64,000 bases of DNA from Minisyncoccota bacterium. GTDB taxonomy: Bacteria; Patescibacteriota; Minisyncoccia; Phycocordibacterales; UBA1006. Below, piece after piece: positions 1 through 8,780 of this stretch (position 1 is the stretch's first letter; each line of letters starts with the position of its first letter). Location of the stretch: contig JALEGN010000007.1 of the NCBI GenBank assembly GCA_022763365.1, positions 24,665 to 88,664 of the forward strand, in the 5' to 3' direction. The translations under genes were made by a program, and so were the position numbers. The notes under the pieces were generated by a model, which saw nothing but the letters and a program-made list of their open reading frames with translations, did not search any database and was not told the DNA's origin.

Positions 1-239
1 GCTTGGCTTCGTGCTGCTTTAATTTCTTCTTCTGCTTTTTGTTTGGCAACTAACAATTCAGTTTCTGATTGTTGTGCTTGATCAATACCAGCTTGAATTT
101 TTTCTTTTCGCTCGCTAATGATTTTTCCAACAGGTCCGAAAACCCATTTTTTCAAAATCCAGAAGATAATAAGAAAGTTTATAAAGTTCGCCAGCGCAAC
201 CTGCCAATCAAATCCAATGTTTGAGAGTACTTCTAACAT
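1..239 (-). CDS. atpF: F0F1 ATP synthase subunit b, N-terminal part (runs off window start)
   Basis: Reverse translation from the ATG at 239 gives MLEVLSNIGFDWQVALANFINFLIIFWILKKWVFGPVGKIISERKEKI..., a single N-terminal TM helix followed by a charged coiled coil. It lies directly downstream of atpE in the canonical atpB-E-F order. Confidence 0.7.
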   Translation of the reverse strand, partial: MLEVLSNIGFDWQVALANFINFLIIFWILKKWVFGPVGKIISERKEKIQAGIDQAQQSETELLVAKQKAEEEIKAARSQ

Positions 240-264
240 AGTCTTTGCAGGTTAGGGCCAATGA

Positions 265-480
265 TTAAATAAGGAAGAATGCTACCAATGCGTAAATCGC
301 TGCTGACTCTACAAGAGCTACTCCAACGATCATTTTTGTAAAGATATCTCCTGATGCTTCTGGGTTTCGTCCCATTGCTTCTAGAGCTTTACCTACAAGG
401 TATCCTTCTCCAATAGCTGAACCGAACATTGATAGTGTTGCGATTCCTTTTGCAATATATTTTGCTGCTTCTGCTTCCAT
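265..480 (-). CDS. atpE: F0F1 ATP synthase subunit c
   Basis: 71-aa two-helix proteolipid with a Gly-rich helix 1 (GIATLSMFGSAIGEG), a polar loop (GRNPEA) and a conserved carboxylate in helix 2 (VALVESAAIYALV). Confidence 0.9.
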   Translation of the reverse strand: MEAEAAKYIAKGIATLSMFGSAIGEGYLVGKALEAMGRNPEASGDIFTKMIVGVALVESAAIYALVAFFLI

Positions 481-514
481 AAAATTTGTTTTTTGATTTA
501 ACTATTAACTAAAC

Positions 515-1309
515 TTATTTTTCGGTAATTTCCTTCACTGGTTTTAATGACAGTGTGTAATACACCGCAACCAATGCTGCAAATACCATCCCTTGTAAGA
601 TTCCGGTGAATCCACTCATAATTGTCCATACGGCTGGTAATGCATAAGCGAAGGCTCCCATAATAATGATGGCAAGCACTTGTCCGGCATATACATTACC
701 AAATAGACGAAATGATAGTGAAACAACTTTGGCAAGTTCGCCAATAATATCCAGTAGTCCTACAAAGAATTCAATGAGTCCAACAAAACCATCCATGACT
801 CCTTTTTTGAAACCATTAATAACTCCTTTAATATTAAAGAAATTATTAAGATATCCTAGAAATCCATACTCTTTAAATGCTACAGCATTCAGTACAACAA
901 CTGATGCTAATGACACTCCAAGAGCTGTATTAAAGTCTGATGTTGGTGTTCTAAAGATTGCAACTCCCTTATAGGTTATATCTGTTAACCCAGGAATGAT
1001 AGCAATCACATTTGCAAGAGCAAAGTACACCAGAATCGTTGCAATGATTGGAAAAATCTTTTTTGCATGATCACGATTACCAGTGATTTGCTCAACGAGC
1101 CCTACAATAGATTCATACACCATTTCGATCATGGATTGAAATTTTCCAGGAACAAGGGTGAATTTTGAAACAACAAAGATTCCTAATAATAGGAATGCTA
1201 CTGCTATTAACAGAATCATAAGGGTCGAGTTTGCAATACCAAAACCAAATACTTCAAAAACTATTTCAGGTTGTATTGGTGTTAATGTTCTTTCGAATCC
1301 TAAACTCAT
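515..1309 (-). CDS. atpB: F0F1 ATP synthase subunit a
   Basis: 264-aa polytopic membrane protein with the subunit-a signature around the essential Arg (LSFRLFGNVYAGQVL), positioned upstream of atpE. Confidence 0.9.
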   Translation of the reverse strand: MSLGFERTLTPIQPEIVFEVFGFGIANSTLMILLIAVAFLLLGIFVVSKFTLVPGKFQSMIEMVYESIVGLVEQITGNRDHAKKIFPIIATILVYFALANVIAIIPGLTDITYKGVAIFRTPTSDFNTALGVSLASVVVLNAVAFKEYGFLGYLNNFFNIKGVINGFKKGVMDGFVGLIEFFVGLLDIIGELAKVVSLSFRLFGNVYAGQVLAIIIMGAFAYALPAVWTIMSGFTGILQGMVFAALVAVYYTLSLKPVKEITEK

Positions 1310-1318
1310 ATTAAATAA

Positions 1319-1624
1319 CTAATTAGCATCACTCCCTTCAGTATTCTCTGAAGTCTCTTGATGCGTATCTTGATTACGGAGCTCTTTAATGCGTGCATCC
1401 AATGCACGTACCTCTTTTGCATATTTGCGGTAAAGGTAAATAACTCCTGACCAAGAAAGAATAAAAGCTGCGGGAAAAAGATAGAGGAAATTAATCCCCC
1501 AAATCTTAGTAATAGCAACACCGATTATTGCCGGAACTAAAAAAATCACTGCGATTTTAATCATCAGTGGTACCATTTTTCCGGCATATGCGTCTCGTTG
1601 CGCTATCAGTTTCTCGAGCTCCAT
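1319..1624 (-). CDS. small two-TM membrane protein immediately upstream of atpB (AtpI/AtpZ-like position)
   Basis: 101-aa ORF with two hydrophobic helices and a charged C-terminal tail. The assignment rests on position only. Confidence 0.35.
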   Translation of the reverse strand: MELEKLIAQRDAYAGKMVPLMIKIAVIFLVPAIIGVAITKIWGINFLYLFPAAFILSWSGVIYLYRKYAKEVRALDARIKELRNQDTHQETSENTEGSDAN

Positions 1625-1714
1625 AATAAAAATACGACATCGTTAAACAATGTCGGCATCAGTATAACATTATCGATTATATGGGCAAGAAAAAAACCTC
1701 TTTTTAATAAGAGG

Positions 1715-2125
1715 CTAGATACTGTGTTCTTCAAAACCATGACAATCTATGTTTTTCCCAAATGGTTTATCGCAAATTTGCTGAAATATTACTTGATACC
1801 CTTCATGTTTGGGCTGGCCGCCACTCAAGTATTCTCTATACCATTGTATAACCAAAAAGCGAGGTATTGAATCATCAAGTCTTTGATAACCTTTTTTCTT
1901 TTTAAGGAAAAGATTACCAAAAAGATACATTATAAGATATCGAGGTTTATAAATTTTTGTAGCCTCTATGTAAATACTCTTTTTTTGATCAAGATATTTT
2001 GATAAATTTGCATCTTCATTTTTAGCTGCAATTTTATCTTCTATGGAAATAAATACAGTAACGGTTTTTTTCTTGAGAAAACTTATCTGAGATAAGTTTT
2101 CAGAAATCTTATCCAGAAAGTTCAT
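1715..2125 (-). CDS. hypothetical protein
   Basis: 136-aa ORF with no recognisable motif. Confidence 0.3.
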   Translation of the reverse strand: MNFLDKISENLSQISFLKKKTVTVFISIEDKIAAKNEDANLSKYLDQKKSIYIEATKIYKPRYLIMYLFGNLFLKKKKGYQRLDDSIPRFLVIQWYREYLSGGQPKHEGYQVIFQQICDKPFGKNIDCHGFEEHSI

Positions 2126-2164
2126 ATAATATTATTTAAAGTTTACACAAGTATACTACAGTAG

Positions 2165-2656
2165 TTATTCTTTTACTAAATACTCTTTTAGTTCACGTTC
2201 TTTTAATTTTGAAACTTGATGAAAAGTATTAATGCTTCCATAAGGATTTAAGCCAACAAGATAATCATTTTCATCGTCAAAATAATCAGTACATCCATCA
2301 CAATAGAAATCTTTGATAATAATAGTATTTTCATTATTAATGATCATTATTGCAGCATTATAATATTCTTGTACTGAACTAACAGAAACACTATCTTTAT
2401 GTTTCTCATAATGGTGATAAAGATTTTGTTGTTGACTCTCAAAATCGCCAGAAGCCCAAGCAATATCATGAATATTAACACTACTAATGGTTTGATTGTC
2501 AGCACTCTCAGATATAAGGAATTCTTCTCCCGCTTGTACTAAAAATTCTTCAATTTGTTGTTCATCTAGATTAATATCTTGACCTCCCAAAAAAGTAGCA
2601 ATAAAACCAGCCAATACTGTGGCGATAATTGCAATTAATGATTTCTTCATAAACAA
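2165..2656 (-). CDS. hypothetical secreted/membrane-anchored protein
   Basis: 163-aa ORF with an N-terminal hydrophobic signal/anchor (MKKSLIAIIATVLAGFIATFLGG) and a CxxC pair (CDGC). Confidence 0.4.
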   Translation of the reverse strand: MFMKKSLIAIIATVLAGFIATFLGGQDINLDEQQIEEFLVQAGEEFLISESADNQTISSVNIHDIAWASGDFESQQQNLYHHYEKHKDSVSVSSVQEYYNAAIMIINNENTIIIKDFYCDGCTDYFDDENDYLVGLNPYGSINTFHQVSKLKERELKEYLVKE

Positions 2657-2725
2657 AGTATAGCAAATAACTTGCAGGAACGATTACATTTTGATACATT
2701 GTTTTTGTTCAGACGAACAAGAAAC

Positions 2726-2799
2726 GCGCGTGTAGCTCAGGTGGTTAGAGCGCATCACTGATAATGATGAGGTCCCAGGTTCAAGTCCTGGCATGCGCA
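2726..2799 (+). tRNA. tRNA-Ile (anticodon GAT)
   Basis: Cloverleaf folded by hand. Acceptor GCGCGTG/CATGCGC, D arm GCTC-AGGTGGTTA-GAGC, anticodon stem CATCA/TGATG with loop CTGATAA (GAT), T arm CCAGG-TTCAAGT-CCTGG, discriminator A. CCA is not encoded. Confidence 0.85.
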
Positions 2800-2802
2800 C
2801 AT

Positions 2803-2829
2803 AAAAAATCCCTGTTGGGATTTTTTTTG
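2803..2829 (+). terminator. intrinsic terminator after tRNA-Ile
   Basis: AAAAAATCCC-TGTT-GGGATTTTTTTT hairpin with a U-tract. Confidence 0.6.
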
Positions 2830-2855
2830 CTTTATATAAACTCACAATAGTCGTT

Positions 2856-3662
2856 TTACCCCTTTGTTCGTTTAATATTCGCAAACAATTCAGGAAAAGT
2901 TTCATCTAGGAAATGACCTCTGTTTTTGAATCTTATTAATTCTGAATTTTGAAGTTGTTTATGGTAAGACTCTGATTCCTGTAAAGGTACTTCAGGATCA
3001 TCTTCAGAATGGTAAATATAAATTTGCGGAATATTATTTTCACTAAAATTACCCGGGAACTCATTATTTATAAAATCTCCTAAATTATAATCTTCAGAAT
3101 TGTGATTATTTGTAGGCGCAACTAGGTGTAACTGCTTAATAGAAACAGGTAATATATTTATAGAAAGCCATTTCATTAAAAAACCTCCACCCAAAGAATG
3201 TCCAATCAAAATTACATTATCTCTTAAATATGGTATGACTTTTTCGAACCATATACTCCATGCTTGATAATTTGCATAGTCTTTATTTGGCATCTCTGGT
3301 CTTATTATTTCATAATTTTCATTTAAAAAATCTAAATATCTTTTGCTCCAACGATTACTTATTTTAAATGGGTCGTATGACCATGCACCAATCATGTTAA
3401 TATAATTTTCATGGTTGATTGCGGGCATTCCTCCATGAATATGTACAACTTGCTGTTTTTCTTTCATATAAAAATTATAGCAAAAAACCCAAGCCAAAGC
3501 CTGGGCTACTCTTGATAATGGAATTAACCTCACCTCACGGTTCAAGAGTCTATTAACTTTTTTAAAAAGGCTACCACAATTCAATTTACTTAAACCATCA
3601 ACATGAATATGACAGTCTTCAACTAACCAACCAAAAAACTCATATTTATTATACTTTATCAT
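2856..3662 (-). CDS. alpha/beta-hydrolase (serine hydrolase, RBBP9/YdeN-like)
   Basis: 268-aa ORF with the nucleophile-elbow motif GHSLGGG and downstream acid and His positions. Confidence 0.6.
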   Translation of the reverse strand: MIKYNKYEFFGWLVEDCHIHVDGLSKLNCGSLFKKVNRLLNREVRLIPLSRVAQALAWVFCYNFYMKEKQQVVHIHGGMPAINHENYINMIGAWSYDPFKISNRWSKRYLDFLNENYEIIRPEMPNKDYANYQAWSIWFEKVIPYLRDNVILIGHSLGGGFLMKWLSINILPVSIKQLHLVAPTNNHNSEDYNLGDFINNEFPGNFSENNIPQIYIYHSEDDPEVPLQESESYHKQLQNSELIRFKNRGHFLDETFPELFANIKRTKG

Positions 3663-3681
3663 AAAATAAAAACAAGTTATC

Positions 3682-4728
3682 TTATTCCTCGTTTTCTAAT
3701 TCGTCTTGTTTTTCACGTATTTTCTTTTGGATACGCTGGAAATCTCCTCCTAAAATTCCTTCGATGTTTGACCATGATTCTTTGATGCGATGATCGGTGA
3801 TACGGTCTTGTGGAAAATTATAGGTTCTAATTTTCTCTGACCTATCCCCTGTTCCAATTTGCTTTTTACGTTTATCAGCGTATCTGGCTTGCTCTTCCTC
3901 GTCTTTCATTTGTTGTAATTTTGATTTTAGAATAGACAGAGCGTTTTCTTTGTTTTTAAGTTGCGTTCGTTGAGCTGTTGAACGCACATCGATACCTGTT
4001 GGTTTGTGAATCACACGCACAGCTGTTTCCACTTTGTTAACACTTTGCCCGCCGGCACCACCTGACCGTGACGTTTCAAATTCTAAATCACTATCATTCA
4101 AAACAATGGTTGTTCGTTTAAATAGTGGCATAATAGCAACTGAAATTGTCGAAGTATGAATACGCCCCTGTTTCTCAGTTGCTGGGATACGCTGTACCCG
4201 ATGTACTCCTGTTTCCCATTGTAATTTGTCATAGACTCCTTCACCTTTGACCTCAAAAGATGCTTCTTTGTAGCCACCAATATCATTTTCTGAGCTGTCG
4301 ATAATACTCCAAGTATATCCTTCTGATTCAGCATAACGTTGGTACATTTCAGCCATTTCTTTCGCAAAGAGTGAGGCTTCGTCTCCTCCAGCTCCAGCTC
4401 TGATTTCTAGAACAATTTCAGAAGGTGATTCTTTATCAGCCTCCTCTTCTTTTTTAATAATATCTTCAGCTTGAGTGATATATGCATTAATTGAAATCGT
4501 TAAATTTTTGATTTCATTTTTGGCTAGTTCTGCCATTTCGGGGTCTTCAGCTAACTCTTGTGTTTCTTCGAGCTTTGCCAAAAATTCTTCAATTTGTGAT
4601 GCAAAAAACTGTGTAGAGTGATTATTTCTATATTTTTCTAAGTCGTACTCTAAAATTTCCATAGATACCATATAGCATAGCAAATATTGTAAAATAAAAA
4701 ACCTTGGTATTTCAAGGCTGTAGTCCAC
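3682..4728 (-). CDS. prfA: peptide chain release factor 1
   Basis: PAT tripeptide ([18 protein letters not shown]) and GGQ motif ([18 protein letters not shown]). The true start may be the internal Met (MEILEY..., about 4662), giving an N-terminus shorter than in E. coli RF1. Confidence 0.85.
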   Translation of the reverse strand: MDYSLEIPRFFILQYLLCYMVSMEILEYDLEKYRNNHSTQFFASQIEEFLAKLEETQELAEDPEMAELAKNEIKNLTISINAYITQAEDIIKKEEEADKESPSEIVLEIRAGAGGDEASLFAKEMAEMYQRYAESEGYTWSIIDSSENDIGGYKEASFEVKGEGVYDKLQWETGVHRVQRIPATEKQGRIHTSTISVAIMPLFKRTTIVLNDSDLEFETSRSGGAGGQSVNKVETAVRVIHKPTGIDVRSTAQRTQLKNKENALSILKSKLQQMKDEEEQARYADKRKKQIGTGDRSEKIRTYNFPQDRITDHRIKESWSNIEGILGGDFQRIQKKIREKQDELENEE

Positions 4729-5308
4729 AAATTCGGTTGGACTGTAATGATTGTTTTCTTATTCTGTTACTGAGGTTCATTATTAAACGATACACAAATA
4801 ATGCATGGTCTTTAGATTGAATTTTATGAACTTTTGTCAGATGTTGTATTTCACTATTGAGGTTAAAGTCTGGGATAAAACTACCACCCATACAGCGACC
4901 TAAACGCAAGTAATACTGTGATGTCCAAGCATCATTTTTGTATACAATATCAAAAGTGTGAAAACTATATTCATAATTCATGTTAAATAACATGACACGT
5001 ACTCCATTTTCAGTTCTTTCAAAAATAAAAATATTTTTGAAAGAATCAATATATTCACTACACTCTTCTTTATTACTGCAGCTTTGCATATGAGGGTTAT
5101 AGAACATAAGGTTCTGTTTATTACCTAATATTCCCAAAAGCCAGTTCGTTGAGAAACGTAAGGATTGCTGTTGATACAAGGTATCATTTGTTACCTGTTC
5201 AAAGTCAAGATTCTGATATTGATTAACATAACTGTTTTCAAAAACATTATTATTTTGAGCATTTAAAGCACAAAAAAATAGATTAAAAATAAGAAATAAG
5301 TTTTTCAT
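4712..5308 (-). CDS. hypothetical secreted protein
   Basis: Signal peptide [18 protein letters not shown] if the start is the internal Met. No known domain. Confidence 0.4.
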   Translation of the reverse strand: MKNLFLIFNLFFCALNAQNNNVFENSYVNQYQNLDFEQVTNDTLYQQQSLRFSTNWLLGILGNKQNLMFYNPHMQSCSNKEECSEYIDSFKNIFIFERTENGVRVMLFNMNYEYSFHTFDIVYKNDAWTSQYYLRLGRCMGGSFIPDFNLNSEIQHLTKVHKIQSKDHALFVYRLIMNLSNRIRKQSLQSNRICGLQP

Positions 5309-5369
5309 GATATTAAGGTTGTTTGTATTTATTAAATCATGGTTAAAAGAAAAAGCCACAATTTAGTGG

Positions 5370-5867
5370 CTATATTTTTTTTATGAAAGTAGTTTTCTTG
5401 GTCTTTTGGTATTGCATAATTTTTTCTGTAAGAATAATGCATTCCCAAATCGATTCTTTTAAAAGAATAAGTTCTTCAAGAGTTCTAATATATTCATATT
5501 GTTCATGGTCAGGGTCTACTTTAACCAATCGCTCTAAACCTTCAACTTCTTGAACCTTAGTGAAATACCTGTCAACCTTCACTTTTCCCTTATCAATTAA
5601 AATATCAGTAGAAACAAATTGATTAATCATCTCACTTGAAGGAACCGAAAAGATAAAATTATCCAAAGATTTTTTTTCATAATTCACTAAAACCTTACGT
5701 TGATATACATCCTCAGCAGAAATATTTAAAAAAGGTTTATCTCCTAAATAAGTGTCTAGGAGTTGAAATCCTAGACGGAGTTCTTGAGCAGCAAGTTCAG
5801 ACGGCACAGGTGTTTGAGCAATAGTCATCAAGGGCACTATGGCAAATAATAGAATAAGTTTTTTCAT
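5370..5867 (-). CDS. hypothetical secreted protein
   Basis: Signal peptide MKKLILLFAIVPLMTIAQ at the internal Met. No known domain. Confidence 0.4.
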   Translation of the reverse strand: MKKLILLFAIVPLMTIAQTPVPSELAAQELRLGFQLLDTYLGDKPFLNISAEDVYQRKVLVNYEKKSLDNFIFSVPSSEMINQFVSTDILIDKGKVKVDRYFTKVQEVEGLERLVKVDPDHEQYEYIRTLEELILLKESIWECIILTEKIMQYQKTKKTTFIKKI

Positions 5868-5936
5868 AATATATGGTTTTAAAGTTCTTATATCTATCAA
5901 AGCATGATTTTAAATTTCAAGCAAAAGAAAAACCAC

Positions 5937-6269
5937 CTATTTATTTTTTTGGTAGTTTTCTAAGAGAATATCAAAATTTGGAACATCAGGCTGTACATCA
6001 TAATTTTTTTCTACATGCTCTGCTGCATGGTGTACCCGACGTTTACATTGCTCAATATCGAATGATAACTGATTGTGGAGTTCAAAATCATAATTATCAC
6101 TCTTGAAGTTTTTGTGATTTACCTGTTCTAGATACAAATCATATAAAGCATACATACGGTCAACTTCAGTCACCACAAGTTCTCGATAGTTTTCTAATGC
6201 TTGTTCTTTTTCTCGGTCTGAATAATGATGTTCAGAGCTATTTGATTTTTTAATTTTTGGAGTTCCCAT
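5937..6269 (-). CDS. hypothetical protein (trimmed to the internal Met to avoid overlap with rpmE)
   Basis: The tracked 178-aa ORF overlaps rpmE by 113 nt in another frame. The Met at about 6269 (MGTPKIKKSNS...) gives a non-overlapping ~110-aa product. Confidence 0.3.
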   Translation of the reverse strand: MGTPKIKKSNSSEHHYSDREKEQALENYRELVVTEVDRMYALYDLYLEQVNHKNFKSDNYDFELHNQLSFDIEQCKRRVHHAAEHVEKNYDVQPDVPNFDILLENYQKNK

Positions 6270-6360
6270 TACGCTTGGATTATAACATATAATTAAAAAA
6301 TGTAACAAAAAACCACTCGTGACGAATGGTTTTTTGTGTTGTCTTTTAAAAGATATGTCT

Positions 6361-6618
6361 TTACGCTTTTTTTGCAGCAGCCATTCGTTTTCGGAATTTT
6401 TCTGCTCGTCCAGCCGTATCAAGACGTTTTTCAGTTCCAGTGTAGAACGGGTGTGATGCTGATGAAATTTCAATTTTCACAAGCGGGTATTCTTTCCCAT
6501 CGGTCCATTTTGCTGTTTCTTCTGAGCTGATGGTAGATGAGATAAGAAATTGTTCTCCACTAGCGTTATCATGAAAGATAACTTTTCGATATTCTTCTGG
6601 GTGAGTGTCTTTCTTCAT
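6361..6618 (-). CDS. rpmE: 50S ribosomal protein L31
   Basis: [17 protein letters not shown]...HPFYTG is the canonical L31 N-terminus and C-terminal motif. It is followed by a hairpin terminator at about 6300-6335. Confidence 0.85.
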   Translation of the reverse strand: MKKDTHPEEYRKVIFHDNASGEQFLISSTISSEETAKWTDGKEYPLVKIEISSASHPFYTGTEKRLDTAGRAEKFRKRMAAAKKA

Positions 6619-6663
6619 AATGATTCGATATTAGCACATTAGTCTAATTGTACAAGTATTTAT

Positions 6664-8019
6664 CTAGTCGATAAGATCAATATTCGCTTGAATTCTAATC
6701 GTCCTATCCATTACCCCATTTCCATAAAATGCATTCCTAACTGCAGGATCACTACAACCACGTCCTGAGTAATATTTACAAGCTGCTTCTCGCTCGGCGC
6801 TATAGGTTTGAGCTCCTGCTCCTAAATCAGATACATAGAGTGCCGTTGCATGGATTGCATGCCGTGCGTTCCATGGGTCTGCTGTTGTTGCTCCAACCGC
6901 TCGAGCAATTCTATCTTCGTAGCTTTCCCAGGTTGCTGGAATAAATTGTGATGGACCCATGGCTCCTCCCCAACCTGATGGTTTTCCATTAATTCTAATT
7001 GGACATGATAAGGGTGTCCCTACCAAAGGTCGCCCTAATTTTGCCATTAACCTTTTGTAAATTGTTTGATCATCACGCCATGACCCTGATGTTGGTCCTG
7101 GCATAATATCTGACCATATCGGTTCATTAGTATTTCTATTACAAGTACCAACATTTTTTCCCATATTTGATTCTTGCTCTAAAATAGCGAGGATGAAGGC
7201 TGGTCGTACGCCTGTTTTTCCTCCTGCTTCTTTGGCATATTTATAAGCATCCCCAAAGGCAATACCTCCGCCAGCCAGGTCACGTAGTTCGAAGAGCTTA
7301 TTGCTAATTTCTTGAGCTTCTTGCTGTCTGATCTGCCGTAATCGAGCGAGTGAGGCCTCTTTCTCTTCACTTGCTGCTAAAGCTTGGTCACGCTGTTTTT
7401 TCTGGGTCTCAATTTTTTGCTGTTCTATCTGAAGAGAATATTTAGCAGCATCTTCTTCTTTTTGTTTTTCTTCTAGTGATTGTTTTTCTCCATAAATTTC
7501 AACCTTTAAATTATCAATGATTTCAAAAGAGTCAGAAAGTGAACCTTGAATATATGAAAATGCTGGCGCATCTTCATAAAATTCTGAAATACTTTCGTTT
7601 GAGAGTAGCATTTCAAATAAAGTTGAATCTTCTAGTTCATGACGTTTTCGAATAATTTTTTCAAGAGACTCCTTTTCACGACGAAGACGTGCATTTAAAC
7701 TATCGAGGTTTTGCTCCTTATCAAGAATATCTTTTTTAATATTTTTAATAAGTGAATTTTTCTTCTTGATTTCTGAATCAGTTTTTCTAATTTCTCCCGT
7801 TAGTTGATTAATTTCTTGACCAATCACGGCCTGATTTTGATCCTCAATTTTAATACCCCCATCAAGAATTTGAATCTCTTGGTTCAGTTCACCAAGACGT
7901 TTTCTACAATCAGCCTCGTTTTCTTCTTGATTACACTTACTAATATCAAAGTTTTGAGCATACACATATGACGTTCCTATACCAATCATTGCTATACTTA
8001 TGAATAATATTTTTTTCAT
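6664..8019 (-). CDS. secreted coiled-coil protein with a C-terminal lytic transglycosylase (MltB/SLT_2-like) domain
   Basis: Signal peptide MKKILFISIAMIGIGTSYVYAQ, then about 250 aa of heptad-rich coiled coil. The C-terminus carries the catalytic-Glu motif ILAILEQESNMG and GAMGPSQFIPATW, resembling the MltB motif GAMGQTQFMPS. Confidence 0.6.
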   Translation of the reverse strand: MKKILFISIAMIGIGTSYVYAQNFDISKCNQEENEADCRKRLGELNQEIQILDGGIKIEDQNQAVIGQEINQLTGEIRKTDSEIKKKNSLIKNIKKDILDKEQNLDSLNARLRREKESLEKIIRKRHELEDSTLFEMLLSNESISEFYEDAPAFSYIQGSLSDSFEIIDNLKVEIYGEKQSLEEKQKEEDAAKYSLQIEQQKIETQKKQRDQALAASEEKEASLARLRQIRQQEAQEISNKLFELRDLAGGGIAFGDAYKYAKEAGGKTGVRPAFILAILEQESNMGKNVGTCNRNTNEPIWSDIMPGPTSGSWRDDQTIYKRLMAKLGRPLVGTPLSCPIRINGKPSGWGGAMGPSQFIPATWESYEDRIARAVGATTADPWNARHAIHATALYVSDLGAGAQTYSAEREAACKYYSGRGCSDPAVRNAFYGNGVMDRTIRIQANIDLID

Positions 8020-8102
8020 GACACTAGTATAGCAAAAAATAAGTCCTTCGGTAGCTGAAAAAACTTGCATAAACAATCAATGTGACTATAATTTGCTGTA
8101 TT

Positions 8103-8753
8103 ATGACTGAACTAAAATTTATAAAAAGAGATGCAGAAAAGACATCTCCTGAATTCTTACGTTCACAAGGACTTGTACCAGCCGTATGTTACGGAGCTGG
8201 AAACGAAACAACACTTGTTGCCGTAGAAGACGTTGAATTTAGAAAAGTATACCGAAAAGTAGGTACTTCAGGATTGATCGACATGACTGGAGATGTTTCA
8301 GGAGAACAATGCCTTGTACAAGATATGCAAGTACATGTTGTCAGCGGAGAATTACAACATATTGATTTCAAGTTTGTTGCAAAAGGACAAGCTACTGAAG
8401 TTACGGTACCTGTTGAAATTGTTGGTGAGTCACCGGCTGTTGTTAATAAAGTAGGACTTCTTAATATTTCACGAGATGAACTTGTTATTGAAACAATCCC
8501 AAGTAAAATTCCTGAATCAATTGAGGTTGACGGATCACTTCTTAAGGAAATAGGAGATTCAGTAAAAATTTCTGATCTTAAACTTGATTCTGCTATTGAG
8601 TTTACCGATGACCTTGATACTACTATTGTCAGCATCATCGCACCTCGAGAAGATGAACCAGAAGCTGAAACCGAAGAACCAGTTTCAATGGAACCTGAAC
8701 TTGTTGACCAAAAAGGTAAACAAGAAGACGATTCAGAATCAGAAGAAGCATAA
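8103..8753 (+). CDS. rplY: 50S ribosomal protein L25 / general stress protein Ctc
   Basis: L25 N-domain (LRSQGLVPAVCYGAG...) with an acidic C-terminal tail. The start is placed at MTELKF. Confidence 0.8.
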   Translation: MTELKFIKRDAEKTSPEFLRSQGLVPAVCYGAGNETTLVAVEDVEFRKVYRKVGTSGLIDMTGDVSGEQCLVQDMQVHVVSGELQHIDFKFVAKGQATEVTVPVEIVGESPAVVNKVGLLNISRDELVIETIPSKIPESIEVDGSLLKEIGDSVKISDLKLDSAIEFTDDLDTTIVSIIAPREDEPEAETEEPVSMEPELVDQKGKQEDDSESEEA

Positions 8754-8779
8754 TAAAAAACACCATTTGGTGTTTTTTA
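8754..8779. terminator. bidirectional intrinsic terminator (rplY / pheT convergent)
   Basis: AAAAAACACC-ATTT-GGTGTTTTTT palindrome flanked by A/T tracts. Confidence 0.6.
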
Positions 8780-8780
8780 T

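Noticed and set aside
666-974. 102-aa plus-strand ORF antisense inside atpB
   Set aside because: It is S/T/P-rich low-complexity sequence embedded antisense in a well-supported gene. The same reasoning rejects 8189-8638 (antisense to rplY), 43017-43571 (antisense to the RND pump), 46301-46564 and 49343-49630.
1306-1521. 71-aa ORF overlapping 1319-1624 in another frame
   Set aside because: The longer two-TM frame is more plausible. The pair are mutually exclusive.
2684-2905. 73-aa minus-strand ORF
   Set aside because: It lies entirely over tRNA-Ile(GAT) and its terminator, so it is an ORF-finder artefact.
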